A DNA stretch of 64,000 nucleotides. It comes from Phoronis australis. Its lineage: Eukaryota; Animalia; Phoronida. The DNA lies in assembly GCA_002633005.1 (NCBI GenBank), contig NMRA01000384.1, positions 163,504-227,503 on the forward strand, given 5' to 3'. Under the pieces are notes generated by a model. The model did no database searches. It saw nothing but the letters and a program-made list of their open reading frames with translations, and was not told the DNA's origin. A program made the position numbers and the translations under genes. Shown here piece after piece: positions 12,701 to 27,700 of this stretch; position 1 is the first letter of the stretch, and the number at the start of each line of letters is the position of its first letter.

Positions 12701-15700
12701 AAAGTTTTCAATTTTGGCTTGCTTCAGAACGTCTTATTGACTGGATTCAAATGAAACCTTCATATATCATGCTTTACGCACTGTTCTCCAAAAGACTATT
12801 AAGAGTTTCTTATTGAAACGTTGCACTAATGCATGAGGGGCTATCAAAACAAACCTTTTTTGATTATTTAGAAAGCTGTTACAATGTTTTTGAGATCCCA
12901 CTTTCAGATTTAATATATCAATTAAAATTTGATCACATTATCGATACCATTGTTTTACTATCAATGTACGTGTATTTCGTTTTTGCTAAATTTTACTAAA
13001 CAGACATGGCCACGTGACCCTGTTATTAACAAATTGGTAAAAAGTTAAAAATCAAATTCTAGAGGCCTTCTTTTTTCATAAATGTCTACTTTCACCGAGT
13101 CAAAATGTATAGTTTGGTGGATATTTAGCTAAATATGCTGGCCTGCCAATATGGTCCTACCGCAGTTATCTCATCCACCGCTTTCAGCCAAGTCCATGAA
13201 TAGGGACTAGCTCACTAGCCATTAAGCCTTTGCTGTGCCAAGGAATTCGCCAGATGCTCAGGGGTTAACAGCACAATCATGCTCTCTCGGCCACTTGCGT
13301 GCAAATCCTGTTAGTGTAAGATTTTGCCTAATGCTGTGCAGCTGTCAACTTACTACATCAACATGTGAAAAGGTTGCGATTACAGCCCTTGAAACATTAT
13401 GCAAACTTAATGATTAGTTTATTTCTATTCCTACAGGGTTCACTGGTGCAGATTGTGGACAGGAGATTTTGGAATGTTCGTCTAACCCGTGCCAACATAA
13501 CGGCACATGCTATGACAGGATTGGAGAATACCTCTGCGATTGTCTTGCTGGATACACTGGCAGCAATTGTGAAACGGAAATCGACGAATGCGCTAGATTA
13601 AGGCCGTGTGAAAACGGTGCCACCTGTAGTGACTTGCTCAATGATTACCAGTGTGTCTGTCACACTGGATTCACTGGAAGAAACTGCTCCGAGAATATCA
13701 ATGATTGTCTTGTCAACCCATGTAGAAATGGAGCGACTTGTATAGATTTGATCGATGCATTTGAATGTACCTGTGTTCCTGGTTGGACGGGACATGATTG
13801 TTTGACAGAGATCAATGAATGCCTTGTGTTATCCCCATGTAGTAACAATGCCAGCTGCATTGACAAAATAAACGGATACACGTGTAATTGTGTCGAAGGC
13901 TGGACTGGGCAAAATTGCACTGAAGACATTAATGAATGCTCCCCCAATCCTTGCACGAATGGGGCAACATGTGTCGATTTAATTAACGCATACCACTGTG
14001 AATGCGTGCCAGGTTTCACTGGTCAGAATTGCTCAGTCGACACGAAGGAATGTGATTCAAACCCTTGTCTGAACAATGGCGTATGTTTCGAGCCACATCC
14101 TGGTGTTTTCGGATGTAGCTGTCCCAGTGGTGTGGAAGGCGACAACTGCCAAAAGGTGTCGCAAGCATCATTTGATGGCAGCAATGTTATCACTTTGGCT
14201 TCCATAGCTACCTTGGTCAACAACAGGGGGGCCGTAAGACGGTCGATCTCCGAGTTTGATACGCATCGCCAGAGACGAGATGTCAGTGATCTTGTAATCA
14301 AGTTCAGTTTTGTGACGACAGTTTCGTCAGGGATGTTGTTGTTTGCAGACGGGACTGATGGCTCCGGGTATCCACAGCATCTCGTGATGGAGCTGGTCTC
14401 TGGAAAATTGAGATTGTCTTTAGATTATGGTTTAGAGACCCGAGCTGAAGAGATTAAAGTGACAAAAATCAACAATAGATACAGCATAGATGTACTTTTG
14501 ACGCTAACGCCATCTACGGTCATATTTTCCGCTGATAAATGTGTGAGTGGTGAGTCATGTGAGAGACAATTCAATATGGTGCGGCCAGATGGTGTGCTTA
14601 ACGGAGCACTGTATGTCGGAGGCGCTGCCACGGTTACCACGTTTATGCGCAGTGTTGCTATGGTAATAGAGGGATTCCGTGGATGTTTTGGGGTAAGTTG
14701 TTTTATTTTATGTTTTAGGACAGTTGTGCCTATTTACTTGTAGTTGTTCTATGTTTTAGGACAGTTGTGCCTATTTACCTGTAGTCATTCAAATCTTCTT
14801 TCAGTATATAAGCAGGTGGCTATGTTAATAGGGTTGTTGTTGTTTCTTTATTTTGACTCTGTATTGAACTCTTGATAGTGAAAGTGACAACCTTCTTCCA
14901 AGAAAGAACATTGGATTTAGTGGACTTACTAAACATTAGTTTTAGGCCATAACAGTTTCATAATTATAATTGCAGTAACTCAGACATGTCATCGTGTTAT
15001 ACTAACAGTGAATTTTTTCATTACTACAGGTTTCTCTAAATTTTATTGTGTAAATAGTGACTCAGATTGATTTCCAGGCCATTTCAAAGAGATAGTGGTA
15101 AAATTGAAAAGTTAGTTGTTTGATTGTGGGCGGGTACGTACTCTCAAATATAGACAATAGTCGGATACAACGCGCCAGCATTTTGTGAATCAGTGTGATG
15201 CCAATTATTCAGTTGAGAACTGGTTCTCACGATGTGAGCACATTACATCAGACTATTACACAAAGATATAGACATCTTAATTTAGAGCTCATGTAGACTG
15301 GAGAAGAGGCTGTGTGCTAAAGTAAAAACAATACAAAACAATCTTATAACATTGACAGGACGTGTAACCCTACGCATATGAAAAAGCTCTCTTTTGGATT
15401 GCAGAATTTCTCCGTCAACGGTCACGCGGTGAATCTGGTGACCTCTGGTGTTGAAAACAACACGTCCTTGTCCAATCCTCAGCCTGGCTGCTCTGATCAC
15501 TTGTTCTGCTCGCCCACGGAATGTGGCAACAATGGCGTCTGTGTCGACAGATGGACGGCCAAATCCTGCCAGTGCTCTTCCGGATTCGGAGGTGCAAAAT
15601 GCACGCTACAGCGCTCGGCGTTTTTCAACGGTTCGTCGTTCCTACACATCAATCGCCAGAGGGAGATACCTCGGGTGACGACACTCACATTCTGGTTCAG

Positions 15701-18700
15701 CAGTACTCGGTCGTCCGGTGTTCTGCTCTATACGGTGAGACGCTCCGTTTTGAGTTAATGGCATGTGTCCTGGTGTTAAAACCGGCAATGATTTTCACAG
15801 GCTATTGTGGTCTTCTAAACAAACATCATAGTGTTGTTGTCGTTTGTTTGAACTGGTATTGGTTATAGTAACCCGCTTGGAAAAGTTGAGCCTGTTGTGA
15901 AGCAAAAAAGAGTTATCAGTTCTTCACAAGCCTAAAAATCAGATTTAGTTTTGAGTAAGGGACACTGTGAGATGGGATTTGTTACTGTAAGGGGACTGAA
16001 GCAAAAGTTGTTGGTTTTTTCACTGACTATGGACCGCCAACTCTGTATATTTTCAATGGATGAAATCTGTGATCTTACGCATAAGGCCTGATGTCATTAT
16101 TTACTCATTACTTCTGGCAAAATTAGCAAGTTTTACTACCAGGAAGTACGGCGTCTGCTAATTGTGGTCGGCTATTGTGTGGTCGGATAGTAGCATTGCC
16201 AAAAGTACTCGCGATACCAACAGTTGTACTATTAGAAGATTTTGAACAGCGTTTCAATGCCGAAATTATTTTTTTTTCGTTGTACTGGACAATAAAATAG
16301 ATGCTAGAATTTCCCGTTATAATACATTAACTGAAAATTGAAATTCGTAATTTAGGAGAGTGGCGCCTCCTCTAGGACACTATGCAAGAAAATGTTGGAG
16401 TTGCGAATCTGTTGTCTATAATCTATGGTTTTTAGAAGGTACAGGTTTATTGCCCTCGAAGAATATTTTAGTCAAAAACGAGCAATGTTTTTAAAGATGG
16501 TGCTTTCCGCATGCAATTTTGTTTGATTACAATTTGTCATAAAATGATTTTGTATGAGTGCGTGTCCACCATCTCTATGAACAGGTATGGATGGTATGGT
16601 TAACTCACGGAAAATGAAATGTGTGCCCTAGAAAACGGACACTAGTTGAAACTGCATGTTTTAAGCTTAAGCATGTAATTTGCCTATTGTCCACTGCAGC
16701 TTNTTTTTTCGTTGTACTGGACAATAAAATAGATTCCCGTTATAATACATTAACTGAAAATTGAAATTCGTAATTTAGGAGAGTGGCGCCTCCTCTAGGA
16801 TACTATGCAAGAAAATGTTGGAGTTGCGAATCTGTTGTCTATAATCTAAGGTTTTTAGAAGGTACAGGTTTATTGCCCTCGAAGAATATTTTAGTCAAAA
16901 ACGAGCAATGTTTTTAAAGATGGTGCTTTCCGCATGCAATTTTGTTTGATTACAATTTGTCATAAAATGATTTTGTATGAGTGCGTGTCCACCATCTCTA
17001 TGAACAGGTATGGATGGTATGGTTAACTCACGGAAAATGAAATGTATACCCTAGAAAACAGACACTAGTTGAAACTGCATGTTTTAAGCTTATGCATGTA
17101 ATTTGTCTATTGTCCACTGCAGCTTACATCCACACCATTAGCCGTCTTGCTGGACAATGGTCAGCTGCGCGTCCATTTAATTATTCGTGGAGGTGACAAG
17201 TTCATCCGGGTCGGATCAAATGTCACAGATGGTGATTGGTGGAGTGTTCATCTGACTTTCAGTGTCAACGGTTTCGCAGTGCAAGGTGAGAGACATCTAG
17301 TGAAGACGTTAGAATAATAATTTTGATGGTTTTTTCCCGGTTTTATCAGTTGAATTCTATTCATAGAGTGCTTGAATTTACAGTCAGTGAAGTCCAATTA
17401 CGAAAACCTGCATCCAAATTGAAGTAAAAAGGTCTGCAAAAATTTTTTTTCTGAAATTAGCAACATAATCTTAGGTAAGTAGTCATTTTCAGTTATATTT
17501 GACTGCGCTGTATAAAAACAGGCATGCAACAACAAACATGTTGGCTTCATTTTAAATCAAATGTTGCGTTTCAGTCTGAGATCAAGTATGACTTCATGGG
17601 TTGCTTTACTACCTTACACACTATTTGGAAGACTGTTACTCTTGTTAGGGACGGTGTACAGTTTCTTCAAGTTAACATTTTACAGTAAAAATTTATTTTC
17701 ATGTTGCTCTATAATGCTTCATGCATCATTGTTATGAATGTCAAAGTCATGACATGATGGTGTTTTGAAACAGCAGTAGAGGTTAGCATGTTTTTAGTAG
17801 AAGCGCGTTAGCACGATCCCTCTACTTGTTTGTTCATCCTAAATGTCTTACACTCTCCAATGGAATTTTGAGCTATGGTCACTTATAGGAGTCCCGAACT
17901 TTGAGAACCAGTTTGATGCCCATTATTCAGTGGAGAAAACTGGTTCTCAAAGTGCGGAATCCCTGAAAGTGGCTATTAACGAATTATGTATTTTCAATTG
18001 GTTCATAATGGTCGAGCTGCAATTTTTCTCATCTCTCTTATGAGAAAGTAGTGTTCTTGTCTTTCTACTCGCACCACTAAATGAGTTCTTTAGTTAAAGC
18101 ATTAGCCCGCATTCCATCCAAGAAGCAAATATTATATTTAGACCACATGCTGCTAGGAGTTTTATCTCACTTTGTTCCTTACTTAGATTTGAAGTGATTT
18201 CTGTGTTTGCGAAGAACTCGGAGTTTCAGTTTATTACTTGAGGTCATGTTCAATGAATAAAATGTAATGCAGTGACAATCCAACCTGTAGAGCTTTGCCT
18301 CGAGCAATAAGCGACTAAGTTCTTTCCAAGCTCTCAAATTATCTCCAGTTTTACTGACTAGGAAAAAATTAGGACCAATTTCATAACAAGTGGGCTAAAT
18401 GAAAAGTTAATTTTGTAATAGAAGGCTGGTTTATAGCTTCCTTGAGTTAAAACACAAACAATAAAGTAAAGAGTACGTGCATGGGGCTCTAATGTGTACA
18501 GACCTACTACTTTGGAGTGATAACCTGGTGATGTACTTTTCACAGTTAAGAATGCTGATGCCAGCCAACAAGATACTGAGCAGGTGCTTGGCGGGGGCTT
18601 TGTTGTGGTCACTCCAGTGTTTCTTGGTCAGTTACACTCGGATGTCCTGGTGGACACGTGGAGGACGCGTCCGGACAGCTTCCCTTCATTTAGCAGGTAG

Positions 18701-21700
18701 GGGAGCCTTAATTGTGTTCATCTCTTGTCAGTTGCTGTTTGCTCAGCACTTTGTGAAAAATAACGTTCCGTGATCGCCCCACTCTTGTAAGGTGCAACAA
18801 GGTCTAGTGGACCCATCTTACAAATTTTGTTGGGCCCATCTCAATTTTTTTGGTCCATGAAAATTGCAGTCAAGAATTCGTTCCGTCGACATGGAACGAC
18901 ACCCAACGTATTTGGAAGTGAACGTGATCGTACTTTCATCAGTGGAAAATATGGGAAGATAACGGAAGCTGGCAGTATATTTCTGCAACTGCGTCGAAGG
19001 TGATCCCCGTCTAAACTCATTATGCATTGTCTTTTGAGCTTGGTTTGTCAACTGATGCCGAAACGCAGCCTTGGGCGAAACATTTTCTGTGTTTTTGTAT
19101 TTTTTGTAAATAGTGTGATCATTTATTATGTCACTTTTCACATGTACTCTACTGGGACAATCACCTATTGAGGGAGTGGGGATTTTACTTCCTTTCGCGT
19201 ATGGACCGCACATGATTTGTGTTGGCAAGAGGCAACTCTCTTGCTAGAACAGAAAATCACGGCAAACAACAGCCGTGCTGGGTTCATCAGACTGCGCGCT
19301 CTAGCATACAAATTGAGGGAAGACACCTACTTCAAGTGCATGTTTTAGTACTTATATTTATGTGTTTGTTAGCGCTGGCTGTATTGTGTTGGGTGAGTGA
19401 TTTTGGTATGTGATATCAGAAGGGATCTTGGTATTAGATTAACTATATTATTTGTGGCGCCACCTGCTGAATGGAGTCAATTGGTGTATCATCCAACTCT
19501 GGTTGAAGTGATTTACGCTTACGATGGCTCACCAGGGGCCAAGACCGCCAATCATACTTAAACCTTGGCTAGAAAATTGACCAATCGTGTGACATGCTTC
19601 GTGTAAACTTTCAAATTTCGTGCAATGTGATTGGTCAGTTTTGAAGTTGAGCCTTGAGTAATGTCCGGTGGTCTTGAGCATGTCTCATTCAGAAGGACGC
19701 CATTGTGGTGTGATCTGACGTCTGTTGCCATTGAGTGTTGACAATTTCTGTTATAGTTTAATTGGTTGTATCCGCGACCTGACAATCAACGGTTTAGTTA
19801 CCGGTCTGGAGACAGCTACTCCATCTAATCTGCGTAACGACCCTGCTGCGCCCTCTGCTGGCTGCCCTCGTGACAAGTCGTGTGATCCAAACCCATGCAA
19901 AAACGGGGGGAGATGTAGTAGTGGTTGGAACGATTTTTCGTGTGACTGCCCAAAAGACTTCATTGGCAAGAACTGTTCTGATGGTATGTTAAATTGTGAC
20001 TGCTGTTTAATTCTGTCAGTCCACCATTATGTGTATTGCCAATATCGCTTTGTATTTGTACAGCCACAAACACTGCTCAAATCTCACCAATTTAGGACAG
20101 CTTAGGGCATAATAAGGAAACTTGGTTTTAAGTTCTCATTTTTGCCTAAAAGGCGTGTGCACCAAGTCAATGGTTTTCTCTGTTCAAGTTTTGCACTGAA
20201 GCTACCGCCCTACAATGGTTTGAAAAAGTTGTGGGCATTCACAACGATGTTGGAACTTGAAAAAAGACTTACTAAATTAAGTTAGCCAAACTTGGTGAGA
20301 ATTTACTGTGCTCTAAAGTAATGCTACCATATTATTCCGTTCTCAACTTACTTTCGGTTCGTCAGTAATCATAGAATTTTTGGTAATGCTGATATATTAA
20401 CAAAGCAATTGGCGTAGGTTGATGTTAACAAAAAATGTTCTGCTGGACAAGCTTTTGCTGCCACCCACAGGGCTTGGAATTTCCTCGTTTTTAAAGGATT
20501 TCTCGTTTTTAGTTTTGATTTCCTGTTATTTGATTTCCAGCTTCCTCTTTTTTCATCTCTTTGTACCATTAATTTGACTTTATTCATGCAGAAACGTTTA
20601 TTTCAGTTATATTTTACAACACAAAAAATATTTCTATGACAAGACTATTTGTGGAATGATGCATCACCTAGAAAATTTGTTGTCATTGGTCATTCCAAGC
20701 CCTGCACCTACAATGTGCATGTGATGTGCCACTGCAGATTGATAGCTATGGGCTTTGAGTTTGTGTGTTTTGCATTTGCGGCATTCTGCAGTGGGTAACT
20801 TGAAAGAAAATGAAAAAATATTAAAAACTCATGGAAATAAAACTGCAATAAGCAAATTAACAGCACGTTTTGCAAGTATGTACTTGGCGTCCATGGTTAG
20901 CATTCATTATTGTTTGAATAAGTTTTTGGGAGAAATAACTCATTGAAAATGAAAAGTACACGTTGGAAAATTCTTGGATATTGATGGAAAGTGAAACCAC
21001 TGTGGGAGTTGGAGCATGATCTGCTGAGTGCGCATAACAGGAACTTTGTCATAAAAACTGTCATTATAATTATAAAGTTTATTGTAAAGACGTTACCCAG
21101 GAATAACTTAAAAAACAACTTGAAACAGAATTTCAAAATTAAAGTTGGGCATCCAACTATGTTTCCCAAGTTCTCACGGCATCCGTGACCAATAACGCCT
21201 GTCATCATTCGTAAGACTCCTAGTTAAATTGCTAATTACAGTGTAGTATGTGCTGTGGAGATGTGTTTTTTGTATCTTACATCATTTCTAAACCATTTTG
21301 TTTTTTCTTGTCTGAGCAGTGAGTTTTCAGGGCTTACTTGTATACTTTATTTGGGCGTCCAACTGTTGAACAGGGCATCCTACATAGGATGTCTAAATTT
21401 GAGTCAGTTGGGTGAAGGTTTGACGTCATTAATGTTTCTTCAGTCTCCTCTTCTACATTCAATGGCCGTGACAGTCGCGTGGCCTTGACCCTTGACATCA
21501 CCACGGTGCCTTTTGGTCAGAGCGGGATGTTTGAGTTCCGCACTCGACAGCAGACTGGTACACTGATGTACGTCCAGTTGGCAGACCGAGCGGGTTTACC
21601 GAACGACAACCTAGAGTTCAGATTGTTCCGAGGTCAACTGCAGGTGGAAGTCAACTTTGGCCAAGGTATGCCTCTTGACAAAAATTATTTGAGTCATCTA

Positions 21701-24700
21701 AAGTACAGTAGGTTTTTAAAGTATTCACACAAAATGAACGTACCAAAAGTCGTTTTCACAGTCAGAGTAGTCTCCCCTCATGACTGAAAATAAGAGGGAA
21801 TTAGAAGGGAAGTTAATAAGTTGGCTAAACATTCTACAATTGCAGTTTGGTGCCACAGTAGCCGCAGTTAAGTCTTTTTGCTGTTTAAAGGATTAGCCGT
21901 CATGGAGGAAATGTTGTTTTACCTGATTACTTCTGTTTTGATTCTGCTGTATGTTAGGATTTATGCATGCATGTTCCAGGATGAGAAACTTGTTAGCAAA
22001 GGAGCGGGCTTTTGAAACAGCATTCGTGTGAAGCTTCACATATATAAGGGATTGCTGACTGCTTACATATTAAGTGAAGCGCAGACCCATTCATCTAAGT
22101 TTTTAGTATTTGAAGTGGTTGTCAGGCTTTGTCATGCTCTAAAACTAGACACCTCGAGTTTTACTGGTTCATGCTCTGTGTTACAATAGCATGCTCGGCA
22201 TTCGCAACACGAAGAACAGTAACATAGGCATAGTCGGAGCAGAATCGTAAAAACTGTGTCTCCAACGACATTGCACGGATGACGTTCAAAACCCTGCTTC
22301 AAGTTCAAAGCAATTACACAAACACGGGTTCAGGGTAGACGCAGTCTTTCAAAAGTCGCTGACATGCAAATTACTATTCAGAGCCACAGCGCTCACTAAC
22401 ACCATACATGTATTAGTGCAGTGAGTTAGTCAAATAAGACAGATGTCCTACCGGTCACAGTATTTATGAAACTAATGAGAAAAAGTACTATGCAAAAGAG
22501 CCTCGTTTGAGACCTGGCCACATACACCTTGAAGTGCCCCTAATGGCGAGAAAAGTGATTTTCTGAGAAAAGCTGTCAACCTTAGGTCCTGGTCCTGTTG
22601 GCTGAGCTAAATTTCACATAACAAGCTTATTTAACTGGAAAAGTCGCCCACTTTGATATCAGCGAATGTCTGTCGGACACTGCAGGTAATTGGCGATTTG
22701 TAATAAAATCAAAAAACAACAGATCTTATTGTTTCACAGCTCTAGTCAAAGCTCTTAACTTCAAAAAGTCTATTCCGTCCAACAATAATCATTAAATGTT
22801 TCTTTCAGCAATAAACGCGATATTGTCCCTTTAACACGTTGTAGTCATACATGGAATATCTGTTGGGTCTCTGCCTAGTAAATGGAACACTTCTTAATTC
22901 TTTGACATACTTCATTTAAAATCGATTCGGTCACTTCTGTTCTGAGAATCCCAAGGCTTGTATAATGCTGGTTTTATTGTCCAAACTTTGTAAAAACTCG
23001 AAAGGAAATCTGAGAAATATAGCCCATCCATTGATTTTGAACAATACTGGTAGTAACTGTTAAATATTAAAAAGAGAAATCAGCCGATTTAACGCGAGTG
23101 GTGTATTATATTCAGTATCATCCATAACCCTGCAAGAGGTAGTGTCTGATGCGACTTGGCACACGGTTATGTGGGTGCGATATGGGAGCCAGCTGATAGT
23201 GAAAATCGACACCAAGAGCTACACAGTGCCTGGCAACCTTGACCTTGTTCACTCGCCCAATAGGAACAATTCTGTGGTCATCCACCTGGGAGCCAAGCCA
23301 TTTCAACCTGGTATGTATTCTAGACAGCACTGATATTTCGTCTTTTATTACTGCGCTAATCACTAGCAATAGTTTTTAAAATTGCTTCTGGGCTGTTGTT
23401 ATATTAAAAGTAAGTACTGCTTTCATTTTGTTTGTTGTGTTTTGTTAAAAAGGGCCGAGATATTAGCTGTTGAGCTATTACTTGAATTCAAAAGTTAAAG
23501 TACAGAAACCAGATTATGAGTGCGTGTCACAATTTATTATCCAGTTTGTAATGCACCTGACTATGTTCTGTCTTCTACATGTTATAGTTTGTGCCCATGG
23601 CCATATGTATATATTTCAATAGACCACTAAAATCTTAAATTCAAAATTAAACTAATTTAATTGACGTTCAGTTCATAATTTTGTACACCCTAAAATTGAA
23701 AACAATCACTTCTCATTGATGCGTCTTGGTCAATGAAAATATTCCTTATAATTTTATCACGATGGTTTAATTTAATTCAAAATTAGAATTAAGTCAGCGG
23801 TTTTGAACTTAAGAATATATGAATTGGTTCTTTTTACTGTGCCGTTTTTGCAGTAATTGTGTTTTGATCAAAACAACGTACATGTAAAACGAGATTTTGT
23901 CTCAAAGAATTCTTTAATGTCCTTACAGGGGATGATACATTTCTTATGGGTCACTTCAAGGGCTGCATGCGAAGCATCAAGTTCAACGACAAACATATGC
24001 ATTACCTTGGTACACCACAAGATGGCGTGGTTGTCAGGGCGCATAATGTCCAAAATGGCTGCCATCCGGATGATGTGTGCTCTGTGAACCCGTGTCCGCC
24101 AAACTCATTCTGTGTTGATCAATGGAATTTACATACGTGTCCATGTCTCGACGGATGGCAGGGGGCATCATGTGCCCAGAGTATTGATGACTGCTACAAT
24201 CATTCGTGTCAAAATGGTGCAACTTGCGTTGACGGACATCGGTCGTTTACATGCGCTTGTGCTTACGGTTACACTAACAGATTCTGTGACGTGACCATTG
24301 CAGTCTGCGATTCAAATCCATGCCACGTGAATAATACAGTTGATTGCACTTCAATATTTCCGATGGACTATAAATGCACTTGCAAAGGGGGGTGGATGGG
24401 GAAAAATTGCTCACACGAAATTAATGAATGCCTGAGCACCCCTTGTCAGTATAATGGAACGTGCCAAGATGAAGTGAATAGCTACAGTTGTGATTGTGAT
24501 GCGGACCACTTTGGAATGAACTGTGAGAGGACGCGTATATGCGCATCAGCACCGTGCTATAATGGTGCTAACTGCACGGGTAGTACGGATAACACAAAAT
24601 ACTCTTGTCAGTGTGCTGACTGGTACATGGGTATCCAGTGTCAAACGTATAACTCCTGTTTCCGTAACGACTGTCGCCATAACTCCACGTGCATCATAAA

Positions 24701-27700
24701 TGGTGCCGATTACACGTGTAACTGCGTGCCAGGCTTCTATGGTGATCGCTGCCAGTACAAGGACTCTTGCTTCTACGCACCGTGTCAGAATCAGGCATCA
24801 TGTCGCAACGTTCAGTCGAATTACACGTGTGCGTGTTCAGTCCATTACACGGGTCACGTCTGTGAGACGGCCATTGATAAATGTGACACAAACCCTTGCT
24901 TTAATAGAGGAAGTTGTTGGTTTGATATGTCTAATCCTGAGACTAATTTCACTTGTCAGTGCACTGTGGGGTATAGTGGACGTCTTTGTGAGCTGGATAT
25001 TAATGAATGTCTATCTAATCCATGTTTGAATGGAGCTACGTGTGTTGACAGTTCGTCAAATCCCGACATGGAATTTTTTCCCGGTTACAAATGTGCGTGT
25101 TTGCCCGGTTACCGTGGCAACAGGTGCGAGGAAAACGTGGACGAGTGCCTGAGCTCTCCATGTTTGAACTCTGCTACATGCCAAGATGGTGTCAATGGGT
25201 TTAACTGTTCGTGTCTGGCTGGGTATGAAGGTACACTGTGTCAGTTGGATAAACGAGGATGTTCGTCTTCACCCTGTGTGAATGGTGCCACTTGTCAGGA
25301 AAATATTGACAAAACATATCAGTGTGTGTGCAGTGTCGGGTTTACCGGCCAGCTGTGTGAAACCAACATAAATGATTGCGTAGGAAATCTTTGCCTGAAC
25401 GGGGCGACTTGTGACGATTTAGTGAACAATTACACATGTAGGTGTCGCCCTGGTTACGGCGGCATCTACTGTCAGGATATCATTGATTCGTGTTACCAGC
25501 AGCCATGCTTTAATAATGGGTCGTGTGTATACAAAGGACGGTGCTCCTGTGCAGACATTGTAAGGTCATGTGGATGGCACGATGAATCATGCCAGGTCAC
25601 CGAGTGCAGTAAACGTACCGAGTGCACTTTAAGTGCAGTGTCGTACGAGTGCAACTGCCTGGGGACAAATTACCAAGGAGAGAGATGTCAAGTTGACATC
25701 GATGAATGTTTATTGGTTGGTACGTGTATTCACGGCGGAAAGTGCAGCAACACCATTGGTGGATTCACATGTGACTGTCAGGGCACTGGGTTCAAAGGTC
25801 AGCAATGTGAGGTTGACCTCAATGAGTGTGTGAACTCTCCCTGCTACAATGGAGGTAAGTGAGCTGAGTGTAAGTACAGTAGAAGACAAAAGTAATCAAA
25901 CAAAAATTCCATTTTCTCACCATGGCACATTCTGTTTGGAGCAAAAAGCAACGAAATTCTAATTACAGAATGCCTTAGCCACCTCACTAACTTCCTGTTA
26001 AATCCCCGTCACGCTCAGTCATGCAAAAAGACAGCACTCTGATGTTGAATTTGGCTTCTACCCGGCCATCAGGATGGGATTTTCAGGTCGTTTTGTTTGA
26101 ATACTTTTGTCTTGTATCTGATCCGTGTGTTGGATTGTCACGTGTGACGTTTACAGTAAGAAAAGTATTGGAATGTGAATTTAGGGTTACCATTTCCCCT
26201 CGTAATTACAGGTGTCTGTTCAACATCCAGGGTCCGCCTCTCCACTAAACTGGTTGGGTTGTCTTCATGATATTTGGGGGACTTAATTGTACTTATCAAA
26301 GGATGGCAATTTGTGCCTTAATACAGCTACATTCTTTAGGAGAGGCTGGGTTGTGCACTTGGGCTTCTTAATCATTGGTAGTTGCTTTTTGTTTTCTGTG
26401 TCTGCCTTTATTTACAAAAGAGTGAAAGTTCTTGATAGGAGCAAACATGATTAGGGTCAGCTCGGTAATTGTTTCCTTCCAGTCCATGAACAGTCTCACA
26501 AAATTGAGCGCCGACTTCATATTTCAGTATGACCATATTCTCATTTTCTTCTCCCAGGTACGTGTGTGAACAATCTGGGCTCCTTTGGTTGCCTCTGTCT
26601 GCCTGGCTGGACTGGGCAGGACTGTGGCACTGATCTAAATGAGTGTGAGAGCTCGCCGTGTAAGAACAACGCCTCGTGTAAAAACGAGCCAAACAGATTC
26701 AGGTGTACCTGTAGTGCAGGTAAGATCCACACACAGTTCACACACAGAGGCCATTTGGTGCTATTTTTCACTAAAGTCTGTTTCATAAAAATTGACTTAA
26801 TTAAGGCCAAGTCAGAAATTTGGTCTTCTGCTACACACAACTATATCTGAAAAATAATTAAATCACACTGAATCGAATATTTAAAGTTCTGTAATATATG
26901 CACACGACTGCCCCTTTTGGACACGACCAAAATGTAGATGAAATATGTCATCATTTAATATATGCCGCCGTGGAATTTTTACCTTAGAAAACTGGTTCAC
27001 GCTCCTTCCGTATTCAAAATCAAATCTTGTAGCTGGTGTAAACTGGCTAAAACAGAAGGCACAACATACTGTTTTGCACTATATGGTAAAAAAATATCCA
27101 TTTTGTGTAAACACATGTATGTGTGTTGAAAAAGAAGGGAGTAATAACAAGGAAAGGAAAGACAAAGATGTTTGAAATTGTCAACCAGTTAATACTTTTT
27201 AACTTCTAATAATGGTGATATTGACTTTAGGGGATGTAATTTGCAACAAAAGTGGGAAACCCCAGTTGGTGGTACACACACGCATAACTTTTTTCTTCTT
27301 TACACTTCACACTCGAAGTCGAGTATTCTGAAGTGGTTCTCATTCATTTCCTTACGTACATTCATTCACTCATTATGAAGACCGAGCTTGAAGGAGTAGG
27401 AGACAATTGGTGTACAATGCTTGATTCTCTGCCACGTAAAGCCAGGATTCGAACCCGGGTTTCCTAAACGGGAGTCCAGAGTTCAAACCACTTAGTCACA
27501 CTGCCAAGACTCCTTTGTATTGTTACTGAAAGTCTTTTTTACCGAAGCACATGTCAATGTTTTTTTTTCTCTAAAACTTCTTCACAACAGTTAAGTACTG
27601 TTATGAACGTTGGACAACACGGTTCATAATCAACGTAGTACAGCGTTTTTTCGTTATCGCTTAGGTTTCCAAGGTGTTACCTGCGACGACAACATCAACG

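Noticed and set aside
13598-14640. Antisense ORFs over EGF and LRR exons (also 24034-24891 and 55148-57720)
   Set aside because: These are shadow frames of real coding exons with no independent features.
27440-27505. tRNA gene
   Set aside because: A and B boxes are present, but there is no closed acceptor stem and it continues into a SINE-like body and tail.
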